Shown: in pieces, positions 9,059 through 18,600 of the stretch
Position numbering within the stretch: position 1 is the stretch's first letter
How the letters are laid out: each line of letters starts with the position of its first letter
The notes under the pieces: generated by a model
Databases searched by the model: none
Seen by the model: only the letters and a program-made list of their open reading frames with translations
What the model was told of the DNA's origin: nothing
From: Spirilliplanes yamanashiensis
Lineage (GTDB): Bacteria > Actinomycetota > Actinomycetes > Mycobacteriales > Micromonosporaceae
Direction: 5' to 3'
Assembly (NCBI RefSeq): GCF_016863475.1
Contig: NZ_BOOY01000009.1
Location: 1-64,000, forward strand
Length of the DNA: 64,000 nt
Made by a program: the position numbers and the translations under genes

Positions 9059-11079
9059 CTCACGACCGTGCCGTTGGCCGTACCCGTGAGGGCCGAGATC
9101 TTCCGGTCGGCGACGCCGAGCTGCTGCGCGGCGTCGAGCAGCTCCCGCAGCTTGCCGGCGTCGGCGCCGCCGGCCTTGATCTGCTGGGTGAGGAACGCGG
9201 CCAGCGTCATATTCGCGATGTCGCCCGTGGACACCCCGCCCAGCACGCGGCCCAGGTCCTCGGCGAGGTTCGCCGAGCCGTCCAGGTACCGCGCCCCGAT
9301 GCCCTGCGCCACCGTGGAGTGGCCGACGAACCCGTCGAGGCTCTTGCCCATCGTGATCGAGCCGAGCAGCTTGTCGAAGAACACCGAGTCGCCGCCGACG
9401 ATGTCGATGTTCGCCTTCTCCAGGCCCGCGGAGACCACCATCGCCTGCGACTCGGCGATCTGCCGGTGCACGTCGATGCCGGCGAGCCGGATCTCCTTCT
9501 CCATCTCCAGCCGCAGCCGGTACTCCTCGTGCTCGCGGGTCGCGTCGTCCAGCGCCGCCATCGCGCCGGCCTTCTCCTGCAGACCCTCGGCCTCGCCCTT
9601 CAGCTTCTCGCGGATCGCCTCCGCCGCCACCAGCGCCTTCTCGCGGTCCACGGCGGCCTCGGCGCGGCCAGTCTTCTCCACCACCTCGGCGTTGCGCTCG
9701 CGCACCTGCACGTCGGCCAGCCCCGCCGCGGCCGCCTCGGCCTGCGTCCCCTCGGCCAGCCGGATCTTCGCCCGGGCGTCCAGCTCCGCCGTCTGCTGCC
9801 GCGCCTCGGCCAGCGTCAGCTCCTCGCGCGCCTTGTGCTTCGCGGCCGCCTCGGCGGCCTCCGCCGCCTTGATGTCCTTGACCAGGTGCTCCTGCGCCTC
9901 CGCCTCGGCGGCGATGATGACGGCCTGCCGGGTCCGCTCCGCCTCCTCGACGACGCGCAGCCGCTTGATGTTCTCCTCCTGCTCGGCCACGGTCTTCTCG
10001 ACGGCGATGCGCTCGCGGATCACCTCGGCGATCGAGCGCTTCTCCGCCTCGACCTCCTTATTCTTCGCGATCGTCGACAGTTCCGTCTCCCGCTCGCGGC
10101 CGATCACCTCGAGCATCCGGTCCTTCTCGATGCGCTCCGTCTCGATCGCGATGACCCGCTCGCGGTTCTTCTCCGCCACGGCGATCTCGCGCGCCTTGTT
10201 CTCCTTCTGCACCCCGAGCTGCTGCTCGGTGCGCAGGTGCGCGCCCTCGGCGCGGAGCCGCTCCTCGGCGTGCGCCAGCGCGATCTCCGCCTCCTCGCGG
10301 GCCCGCATCGTCTCGATCTCCCGGCGCTGCTTGATCTCCGCGTCCGCCTGCCGGCGCTCCAGCTCGAGGATCGCCTCCTTGGCGTCCACGTTCTGCCGGG
10401 TGAGCTCCTTCTCCTCGTTGCGCTTGTAGTCGTTCGTCTTGATCGCCTCGATCGCCGTCAGCTCGGTGATCTTGCGAATGCCCTGCGCGTCCAGGATGTT
10501 CTTCGGGTCCAGCGACGACATCGGCGTCTGCTCGAGGTAGTCGATCGCCGCGTCCTCGAGGCTGTAACCGTTCAGGTCCGTGCCGATCACCTGGATGATC
10601 TGGTCGCGGAACTCGTCGCGCTTCGTGTACAGGTCGACGAAGTCCAGCTGCTTGCCGACCGTCTTCAACGCCTCCGAGAACTTCGCGCTGAACAGCTCCT
10701 GCAACGTCAGCTCGTTGCTCGCCCGCGCCGTGCCGATCGCCTGCGCCACCTTCACCACGTCCTCCACGGTCTTGTTGACCCGCACGAAGAACGTGATCCG
10801 GATGTCCGCCCGGATGTTGTCGCGGCAGATCAGACCCTCCCGGCCCGTCCGCGCGATCTCGATCGTCTTCACCGAGATGTCCATCGTCTCGGCCTTGTGC
10901 AGCACCGGCAGCACCACGGCGCCCGTGAACGTCACGTCCACCCGCCGCGTCTTGCTCACGATCAGCGCCTTGCCCTGCTCCACCTTGCGGAACAGCCGGC
11001 TGACGATGAGCGCCATGCCGATGACGACGACGAGAATGACGGCCAGCAGGATGCCGAGCCCGGTGGAGATGACGTCCAT
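9055..11079 (-). CDS. SPFH/band-7 flotillin family protein (YqiK-like) with long C-terminal coiled coil
   Basis: An N-terminal TM helix is followed by an SPFH core (KALIVSKTRRVDVTFTGAVVLPVLHKAETMDISVKTIEI...RADIRITFFVRV). An extended EA/KR-rich heptad region follows. Confidence 0.9.
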   Translation of the reverse strand: MDVISTGLGILLAVILVVVIGMALIVSRLFRKVEQGKALIVSKTRRVDVTFTGAVVLPVLHKAETMDISVKTIEIARTGREGLICRDNIRADIRITFFVRVNKTVEDVVKVAQAIGTARASNELTLQELFSAKFSEALKTVGKQLDFVDLYTKRDEFRDQIIQVIGTDLNGYSLEDAAIDYLEQTPMSSLDPKNILDAQGIRKITELTAIEAIKTNDYKRNEEKELTRQNVDAKEAILELERRQADAEIKQRREIETMRAREEAEIALAHAEERLRAEGAHLRTEQQLGVQKENKAREIAVAEKNRERVIAIETERIEKDRMLEVIGRERETELSTIAKNKEVEAEKRSIAEVIRERIAVEKTVAEQEENIKRLRVVEEAERTRQAVIIAAEAEAQEHLVKDIKAAEAAEAAAKHKAREELTLAEARQQTAELDARAKIRLAEGTQAEAAAAGLADVQVRERNAEVVEKTGRAEAAVDREKALVAAEAIREKLKGEAEGLQEKAGAMAALDDATREHEEYRLRLEMEKEIRLAGIDVHRQIAESQAMVVSAGLEKANIDIVGGDSVFFDKLLGSITMGKSLDGFVGHSTVAQGIGARYLDGSANLAEDLGRVLGGVSTGDIANMTLAAFLTQQIKAGGADAGKLRELLDAAQQLGVADRKISALTGTANGTVVR

Positions 11080-11672
11080 CAGCTGTCCTTAGAGTCTCGT
11101 GGTTCCAGCGCGACGTCGGCGGGGACCACCCAGAAGAACTCCCCGTCCGCGTCGAAGTCGTAGAGCACCGCGACGGTGCCGTACCGCAGCTCGTCCTGCC
11201 CCGCCTGGCGCACCTGCACCAGCGCCGTCGACCCGTCGGCCGCCGCCACCTCCGCCTGACCGAACCGGTCGGTCACCCGCTGCGTGCGGATCACCGCCGT
11301 CCGCCCGAGGAAGTGCTGCCGCGACGGCTCCACGCCCGTCGGCATCGCCCTGCGCAACACCGCGACGAGCAGGCGCGTCGTCACCCACGCCGTGACGAGC
11401 GCCGCCGCGAGGGCGATCGCACCGGCGCCGGGCACGTTCTCCAGCAGGACGGCACCGGCCAGGCTGACGAACCAGGCCACGGCGATCAGCAACGACAGCG
11501 CCACGGTGACGGGCACGCCCCCGAGCCCGACACTGCCGAAGGCGTCCTCACCGAGACTGTCGGTGTCCGCCCCGCCGACCATGACGACCAGCCAGTAGAC
11601 GACCACCACGGCGAGCAGGAAGGTGAACAGAACGGTCGGGAAGCTCAACGCCGCCTCGACGAACCCGCCCAT
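11079..11672 (-). CDS. NfeD/YqiJ-like membrane protein (3 TM helices plus C-terminal OB-fold-like beta domain)
   Basis: Three hydrophobic helices are followed by a ~70-aa beta-rich tail. It sits immediately upstream of the flotillin gene and overlaps it by 1 nt, which is the classical NfeD-SPFH arrangement. Confidence 0.7.
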   Translation of the reverse strand: MGGFVEAALSFPTVLFTFLLAVVVVYWLVVMVGGADTDSLGEDAFGSVGLGGVPVTVALSLLIAVAWFVSLAGAVLLENVPGAGAIALAAALVTAWVTTRLLVAVLRRAMPTGVEPSRQHFLGRTAVIRTQRVTDRFGQAEVAAADGSTALVQVRQAGQDELRYGTVAVLYDFDADGEFFWVVPADVALEPRDSKDS

Positions 11673-11751
11673 CCCGCCCCCGTCTCAGTTGTCCTGGTGC
11701 CGCCCTAGATGATGGCAGGAGGGTGCAAGATCCGTTGCCCCGTCGACGGCC

Positions 11752-11765
11752 GGACGGATCCGTCC
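11752..11765. promoter_or_regulatory. Perfect 14-bp palindrome GGACGGATCCGTCC ~80 bp upstream of the NfeD-flotillin-ATPase-TIR operon start; candidate operator
   Basis: Read directly from the sequence. It lies in the non-coding leader of the minus-strand operon. Confidence 0.3.
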
Positions 11766-12338
11766 GAACGGACATTTCAACGCAACGTTGAGGGGGCACG
11801 GTCAGAGATGTGACACAAGCAGCGCAACCTCACGCCATATAAACGACGCCGCGCCCGGCGACCGTCGGCATCCTCCATCACGCGCGTGTCTGTGCGCATG
11901 GTTCTTCGGCGGCGGTGCTCACTGCCCACCTCTCGATCGGCCCATCGCGGACCGACGCCCTGGCCACACGTAGCGCCGGCCGAAGCAGCTTCACGTCATC
12001 AAGAACGGCCTGGCCGAAGCCGGACCGTACGCACGCACTCAAGGTCCATGGCCTCGCGCGCCCACCAACACCAAGTACCCCAATGAAGGCCAAGACGGTG
12101 GACCGTCAAGGCCGTTACGGTCCCTCCACCCATCACCCGGCGGAGGCAATTCCCGGGATCGACGCATTAGCCGGTTGCCGACAATGCCGGGACTTGACAG
12201 AACATTGACGGCAAATTGAGCATGCGGCCACCACCCTTCGGCGCTGGCGCCACTCCTCGCAGCCATTGAGTGCGGACTTCTAGGGACACCGCCGTCCAAC
12301 GTTATGGACGGCGCCCTTTGCTCGCCGTCGTTGTCGTG

Positions 12339-12629
12339 TCAAATTCGATCGTAGACAGGGGTGTACTCGGGCGCAGTCTCAGGAACATCCGGGTATCGAA
12401 TGGTGCCCTCAGTCTCCCACCAGCGGCTCGTATACTCGCTCGGATTCTTGTACTCGAAGATCGCTACTAGGCCAAGCAGGGAGACCGGACTGTCCGCCCA
12501 GAAATCCCAGCCATCTCGCTCAGCGCAATACGCATCCTGCTTCCGGTCGTACCACACGGAGAATCCTTTATTCTCCAGGACTGCGATCGCCGTCGTGTAG
12601 ACATTCACGTGCTCGCTCAGCGCTGGCAT
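12339..12629 (-). CDS. Candidate immunity protein (96 aa) for the RHS C-terminal toxin
   Basis: It starts 8 nt downstream of the RHS stop on the same strand. Its composition is non-junk (W/Y/E rich) and its GC is markedly lower than the genome, matching the adjacent toxin tip. Confidence 0.5.
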   Translation of the reverse strand: MPALSEHVNVYTTAIAVLENKGFSVWYDRKQDAYCAERDGWDFWADSPVSLLGLVAIFEYKNPSEYTSRWWETEGTIRYPDVPETAPEYTPVYDRI

Positions 12630-12637
12630 CCCTACCC

Positions 12638-15600
12638 CTATCTGTTCCGGATGAGAGTTATCGCGTCGTGCGGAATCGAGCCTACGAAGAGAACCTCCTC
12701 AGCACGCCGCGCATCGCGCACCACGCGTGAGTCACCACTCCTGTTGGCGGCTTGCATGACGTTATTGTGATCAATAAACTTGGCCCCGCCCGCAATTGCC
12801 TTATTGACATCGATTGCAACCATTCCTTGACCTGAGGCGAACCGTTCGGTCGCTCCCTCAGTCACCGACGCAGAGATGTGCTTGGTCGGCCGGTTCAAAA
12901 TATGGTCGGTTATGGACCCGGTGGTACCGCGAGGCTGCAGGTCTTCGCCCTTGTCGAATGCCGTACGATCATCATAGTTCAGCTGCCGGTAAACCGTTGG
13001 CCCACAGTCCGCGCTGTTCCTACTCCTGTTGTTGTTGTGGACCAGTACCGGCGTGTCGCCGGCTGTCACATAGTACGTGTGGATGTCGGCCACGGTCAGG
13101 TCGCGCATTTCGCGCTTACCGTGATAATTGCGGACCGCCGCGACGACGACCCCGCTTCCTTCCACGCCCAGCTTCGTGCCCCGCCGGAGGTTCTTGGCGT
13201 CTGTCCACTTCCGGTCAGTGGCGTTCCAGAACGGGTGGTTCTGCGTCGTCTTCAGGACGTACGTCTTGCCCTTGTTGTTCCGGACCTTGAGGTCGGTCAG
13301 CTCACGGTCGAGATTGCGATGAATCGCGGTGACCTGCCGGTCACCAGATTTCCCGGTCTCCGGGTCCTTCGCCTCGACCTTGTCGCCGACGTTGACGTCC
13401 TTGATGGGACGGGTTGAGCCGTCTGCCATCAGCACCTCGGTGTCGGGGTCGAAGCTGTGCTTCGCTCCCTTGGCAGGTGCTGTCAGGCACCCGTGCCCGC
13501 CGCCGACCGAGACGCCGGCCACGCCGACGGCCGACTGCAGCCCGCTGCCACCGGAACCACCACCCTTGCGGTTGAGCAGGCTGAGGCCCGGGACCATACC
13601 GAGAACAGACGACTTCACGTCCACCCGGCCCGTCGTGACAGCCTGCCCGACGACGTCCTCGACGCCGTTCTGGGCCGCCTCCGTCGCCAGACGACCGGCC
13701 CAGCCCGTGCCCACACGCGCCGCCACCGCGGTGCCGACCTTCGCGGCGATGAGACCGCCCGCGCCACCCGCAAGACCCGACAGCGCGCCGGTGCCCAGCG
13801 ACCCGAGTGCGTCGCCCAACGAGTTGATGTCGCCTTGCAGGCCGTCCTTGGCCAGGTTGATCAGCGCGGCCGTTCCGGCCATACAGGCGATCGCGCCCAC
13901 GCCGGCTGTCACCGCCGTGCAGGCCACGCCGGCCAGGATCGCGCCACCGATCGCCGCGATCTCCAGCAGCATGTTCTTGTTGTTCTGCACAAACTTCTTC
14001 GTGGCGGCCACGCCGTCCTGGATGACGCTGACGGTTTTGCCGATCCCTCTGGCTACCTTCGCGAACGCTTTCTTGTGCGCCTGGAAGATTCTCGTTCGCT
14101 CGACCGCCGCGGCGATCGATTTCGCTTTCTGGGCGACCCACTTCCGGGCGCTGTTCGCCGTCTTCTGCACCCAGTTCTTGGCGCTGCTCCACGCCTTGGA
14201 GACGCTGTGGACCGCCTTACTGATGGTGCGGCCGACCGCCTTGACCGCCCGGGCGGCGTAGTTGTAGACCGACACGGCACCGCGGTAGAACGCCGTCGAC
14301 TGCACGTAGTTCTTCGTCGCCGTCCAGGCCGTCGAGACCACCGACGACACCGCGCTCTTGGCCTTGTTCCACGCGCCCTTGAAGCTCCAGTGGCCTGTCG
14401 GGTCCGTGTTCTTCAACGGGTTGGCGTCGCCGTACTGGTAGCGGTTGGCGCTGACCGAGTCCGGGACCGGGCTGACCGACGCCATGTCCCGGGTGTCGAA
14501 CTGGCCGGTGTCGACGTTGTACCAGCGCGCGTGCATGTTGACGCGGTTGGTCGCGGTGTCCTTCCACTCCGACTGGTAGCCGAGGCCGCCGACCAGGCCG
14601 GTCGACTGCAGGACTGCGCCCAGCGGGTCGTACGTCGCCGAGCCGATCAGGGTGGGGCTGTCGGCGGTGAACTGGCCCACGACGTCGTCGTGCTGGTCGG
14701 TCCAGACGTTGCGGGTGGCGCCCGCGGACCTGGTCGCGACCACGTCGCCGGCGCTGTCGCGCACGTACGTCGCCGACCCGTCGGCCGCCAGGTCGTTGCC
14801 CAGGCCTGAGTACGAGAAACCGTCTCGGATGGAGCGGCCGAGCGCGTCGTAGCGGTAGGTCTGGCTCGCCTGGTTGACGACCTGCCCGAAGGCGTCCGAG
14901 CGGGTGGTCTGGCCGCCCGCCGAGGCGAGCGTGCCCCGCGGCGTGTACGCGTACGAGGTGCCGTTCGCCGTCTTCAGGCGGTTGCGTTCGTCGTACGTGA
15001 ACAACTTCTCGCCGTTCTGCACGCGGTTGCCGGACTTGTCGTACGCGTACGCGGTGATCTTCGTACCGTCGTTCCAGGCCACCAGGCGGTCGGCGTAGTC
15101 GTACTCGTAGCTGTTGTCTGCGGAGCCGGCAAAGCCGGTGGTCTTCTTGCGGAGCAGGTTGTCGTTGTCGTCGTACTCGTACTCGATCTTGGCGATGGAG
15201 GCGCCCGCGCCGGTCTTCAGCTCGTCGACGATCGGGCGGTTGAAGTCGTCGAAGGCGATGTTGCGTGTGTTGCCCGTGCCGAACGTGACCTTCTCGACCT
15301 GCGACAGCTTGTTGTAGTCGTAGCTCTCCCGGATGCCTGCGGTCGTGTTGGCGAGGGTCTTGACCCGGCCCGCGCTGTCATAGGTGAACGACGTCCGGCC
15401 GGCGGCGTCCTCGCGCTCCGCAACTTCGCCGTCGTCGGTGTAGGAGAACGTCGTGTTGCCCGACGGGCCCGTAATTGAGGTGGGCAGTCCGCGGTCGTCG
15501 TACGACAGGACGTTCGTGCCGCCGACGCCGGAGAACTTCGTCATCCGGCCGCCGGTGTCGTAGTCGAACTCGCGGTTCTCCGTCGCCGCCTCGGCACCCG

Positions 15601-18600
15601 CGCCGACCTGCTTGCGCAGCTTGCCCATCTCGTCGTACTCGCTGGTCAGCGTGACGCCGCCGGGCAGCACCTGCTTGGCGGGGCGGCCTGCCCGGTCGTA
15701 CGCCGTGGTGAAGGTGCGGTCGGCCAGGTCGGGGTGCGCGGCCGTGGCAGGCTCGATCTGCGACTCCGGCAGGCCGAGCGAGTTGTACGTCGTCCAGAAC
15801 GCGTTGCGGCGGCCGTCGGTGAACCGGGTGCGGTTGCCCGCCAGGTCATAGCCGAACGTGGTCTCGATGTGGTCGGAGTCGGAGATCGGCTGGATCTGCT
15901 TGACCAGCATGTTGGTAGCGTCGTACTCGAAGGTCGTCGTGTTGACGTTGGGATCCGTGCTCTCGACCACGTTGCCGGCCGGATCGTACGACGTATGGGC
16001 CGTGTGCCATTCGCCCTCGGCACCCTGCGTGAGAACTCTCGTCACCCGACCGGCAGAGTCGCGGTTCTCCGTGATCTCCGTGCCGTCCGGCAGGTACGTC
16101 GACGTGTACCCGCCGCCGTACTCGAAGCGGGTGATGTTGCCGGCGCCGTCTGTCTCGGTCAGCGGCCGGCCGGTCGCGTCGTACGTCGTCTTGGTAGTGA
16201 CCTTGCCGGGCGAGACGGTCTCTGCGAGCCACCCGCCGTAGCCGTAGCGATAGTCGGTGGTCAGTTGCTTGCCGGTCTGCCGCACCGCGGTTGTCGTGGT
16301 GACCTGCCGGCCGAGGAAGTCCCAAGTGGCGGCATTCACTGCTCCGTTGGGATCGGTCATCTGCAGCACGTCGCCGACCAGGTTGTAGCGGTAGCGGGTC
16401 TCGCCGCCGTTCGCCGCCGTCACCTTCGCGAGGCGATCGAGCTGGTCGTAGGTGTACCGGGTGGTCTTGCCGAGCGGGTCGCGCACCGACTCCAGGCGAC
16501 CCGACGGGTCGTAGTTGTTGACCACCTCGGGGACCACGGCCTCCGACGTACCGGGCGCGGTGTAGCGCGGCAGCTTGGACGACGTGGCCCTGCCGTCGGC
16601 GTCAAAGGTGGTGACCGACCAGTTTCCGTTCTCGTCCTTGGTGTCGGTCGTCTCGCCGAAAGTGTTGTAGCCGGTCCAGCTGACCGCGTTCGCCATGACC
16701 GAGCCACCGGTGGCGGTCTCGCTGAGCGCCGCCGGAGCCGTCGTCCTCACCGGCCGCCCGGCCTCGTCGTTGGCGAAGTAAGTTGTGTTGCCGTTCGGAT
16801 CGACCGTGGAGACGATCCGGCCGTTGCGGTCGCGCTTGTGGATGGTCCGGACGACCTGGCCGCTGTCCAGCCCGCCGTTGAGAATGTTGCGCTCGATGTT
16901 CGTCACAGCGTGCTGGTAGACCCTGACGTCGCGGACGGCGCCCGCCCAGCGGTCCGTGGCTCCCCCCGCGTACTTCCCCCGGCCAATGACGAAGGCGTTG
17001 TGACTCGGCAGCGGCTTGTTCAGGATCGTCGAACCTTCAAGCTTGCCGTTGACGTAGAGCTTCATCGACCGGTCGGTCGCGTCGTAGGCAGCCGCCAGGT
17101 GCGTCCATGTGTCGAGCTGCGGCACGGACGTCGAGAATGTGTTCTGGCCGGACCAGCTGTCGGCGTCGGCGCTAGGAACGGTCATCGACCACCGGTCGCT
17201 GGTGGCCTTGTACTGCAGGTAGAAGGCGCTGGCGCGCTCGCCGTCCTGGGAGAGCACGGTGCGGTTGCCACTCTTCGTGGTCAGCTTGACCCAGGCCGCA
17301 ACCGTGTAGCTGCTGGTCGTGTTGAGCGCGGGTCCAGGAGTCTCGACGGAGCCTGAACCGTTCAGGAGCAGGCCCCCGTCACGCTCGGCGGACCAGCTCG
17401 CGCCGGTGTCGAGCGCGCCGGTGAGGCTGCCCACGGAGTCAGGTGCGCTATTGCCCGCCTTCTCGGCGAGCGACCAGCGAGCCACCGGGTCGTACCGGCT
17501 CCCGGTGTGCGTCGTCTCGGTGAGCAGGGCGCCGGTCGCTGAGAACGATGACAGGACGGAACTGACGTCGAAGTACGCTCCGCCCTTGCCGTCGCCCTCA
17601 CGGTGCACCGTCGACACGACGTTGTCGTCGGCGTCGTAGGTGAGCTCGGTCAGGCGGTCGACGCCCGTCGGGTCGGTGCGGGAGCTGGTCTGGCGGTTCG
17701 CCGCGTCGTAGGTGTACTCGGTGGCCGTGGCGCCCTGGTTCGTGATCGCCTTCGTGACGTTGCCGGCGGCGTCGTAGAAGTTTTCCGCCAGCACGACGGT
17801 CTTCTCGCCGTCGGTGCGGGTCGTCTTCGCCTGGAGGCCGTCGTCCGTGTACGTGTGGCTGGTCGTCCAGCCCATGGCGTCCGTCTCGGAGGCCAGGCGG
17901 CCGGCCGGGTCGTACGAGCGGGACACCACCACCAGGTCCTTGGCGGGCTGGGGGTCGTTCGGGTCGCCCGTCCAGCCGAGCAGGGTTGAGGTGAGCAGGC
18001 GGCCCGCTGCGTCGTACGCGTTGCGGACCACGCCGCCGTCGTCGCTCTCCTCCTCGGCGATGCGGCCGTACGCGTCGTAGCGGTAGACCGTCGTGCGGCC
18101 GCCCGGAGACGTGTCGCTGGTCTCCTGGCCGTACTCGTTGAAGGTGTGCCGCTGGGTGCGGGTCGCGTCGCCGCCGGTGAGGTCCTGCTCGATGACGGCG
18201 GTGGTGTTGCCGTCGCGGTCGTACTCGTTGGTGGTCAGCTTGGTGTGGACCGCCCCCGTGACGCGGTTTGTGACGCCCGGGTCCCGCACGGTCTTCGCGC
18301 GGCCCATCGCGTCGTACGTGTACGTGGTGACCAGGCCCTGCGGGTGGGTGTCGGTGACCTCGGTCTGGGTGGCGCGGCGGCCGAGGCCGTCGTAGGTGAA
18401 GGTGGTGACCTTGCCGGCCGGGTCGGTCACCTCGGCGACGTCGCCGGTGGCGTAGTACCTGACGGTCTGCTTGGCGCCGCCGGGCGTGACAACCGTGGTC
18501 GGCAGGCCGGCGGGGGTGACGCCGCCGCCGACGGCGGCCGTGGTGGCCGTCGTGTACGTCGTGGCCGTCACCCGGCCGAGCGGGTCGGTGACCGCCGTCC

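Noticed and set aside
5564-10429. 1621-aa plus-strand ORF spanning the ATPase and flotillin genes
   Set aside because: It is antisense to two well-supported genes, and its translation is low-complexity.
11700-12338. Possible tRNA or ncRNA in the low-GC spacer
   Set aside because: I could not recognise a cloverleaf acceptor/TpsiC arm pattern or a known ncRNA signature by eye, so it is left as unannotated spacer.
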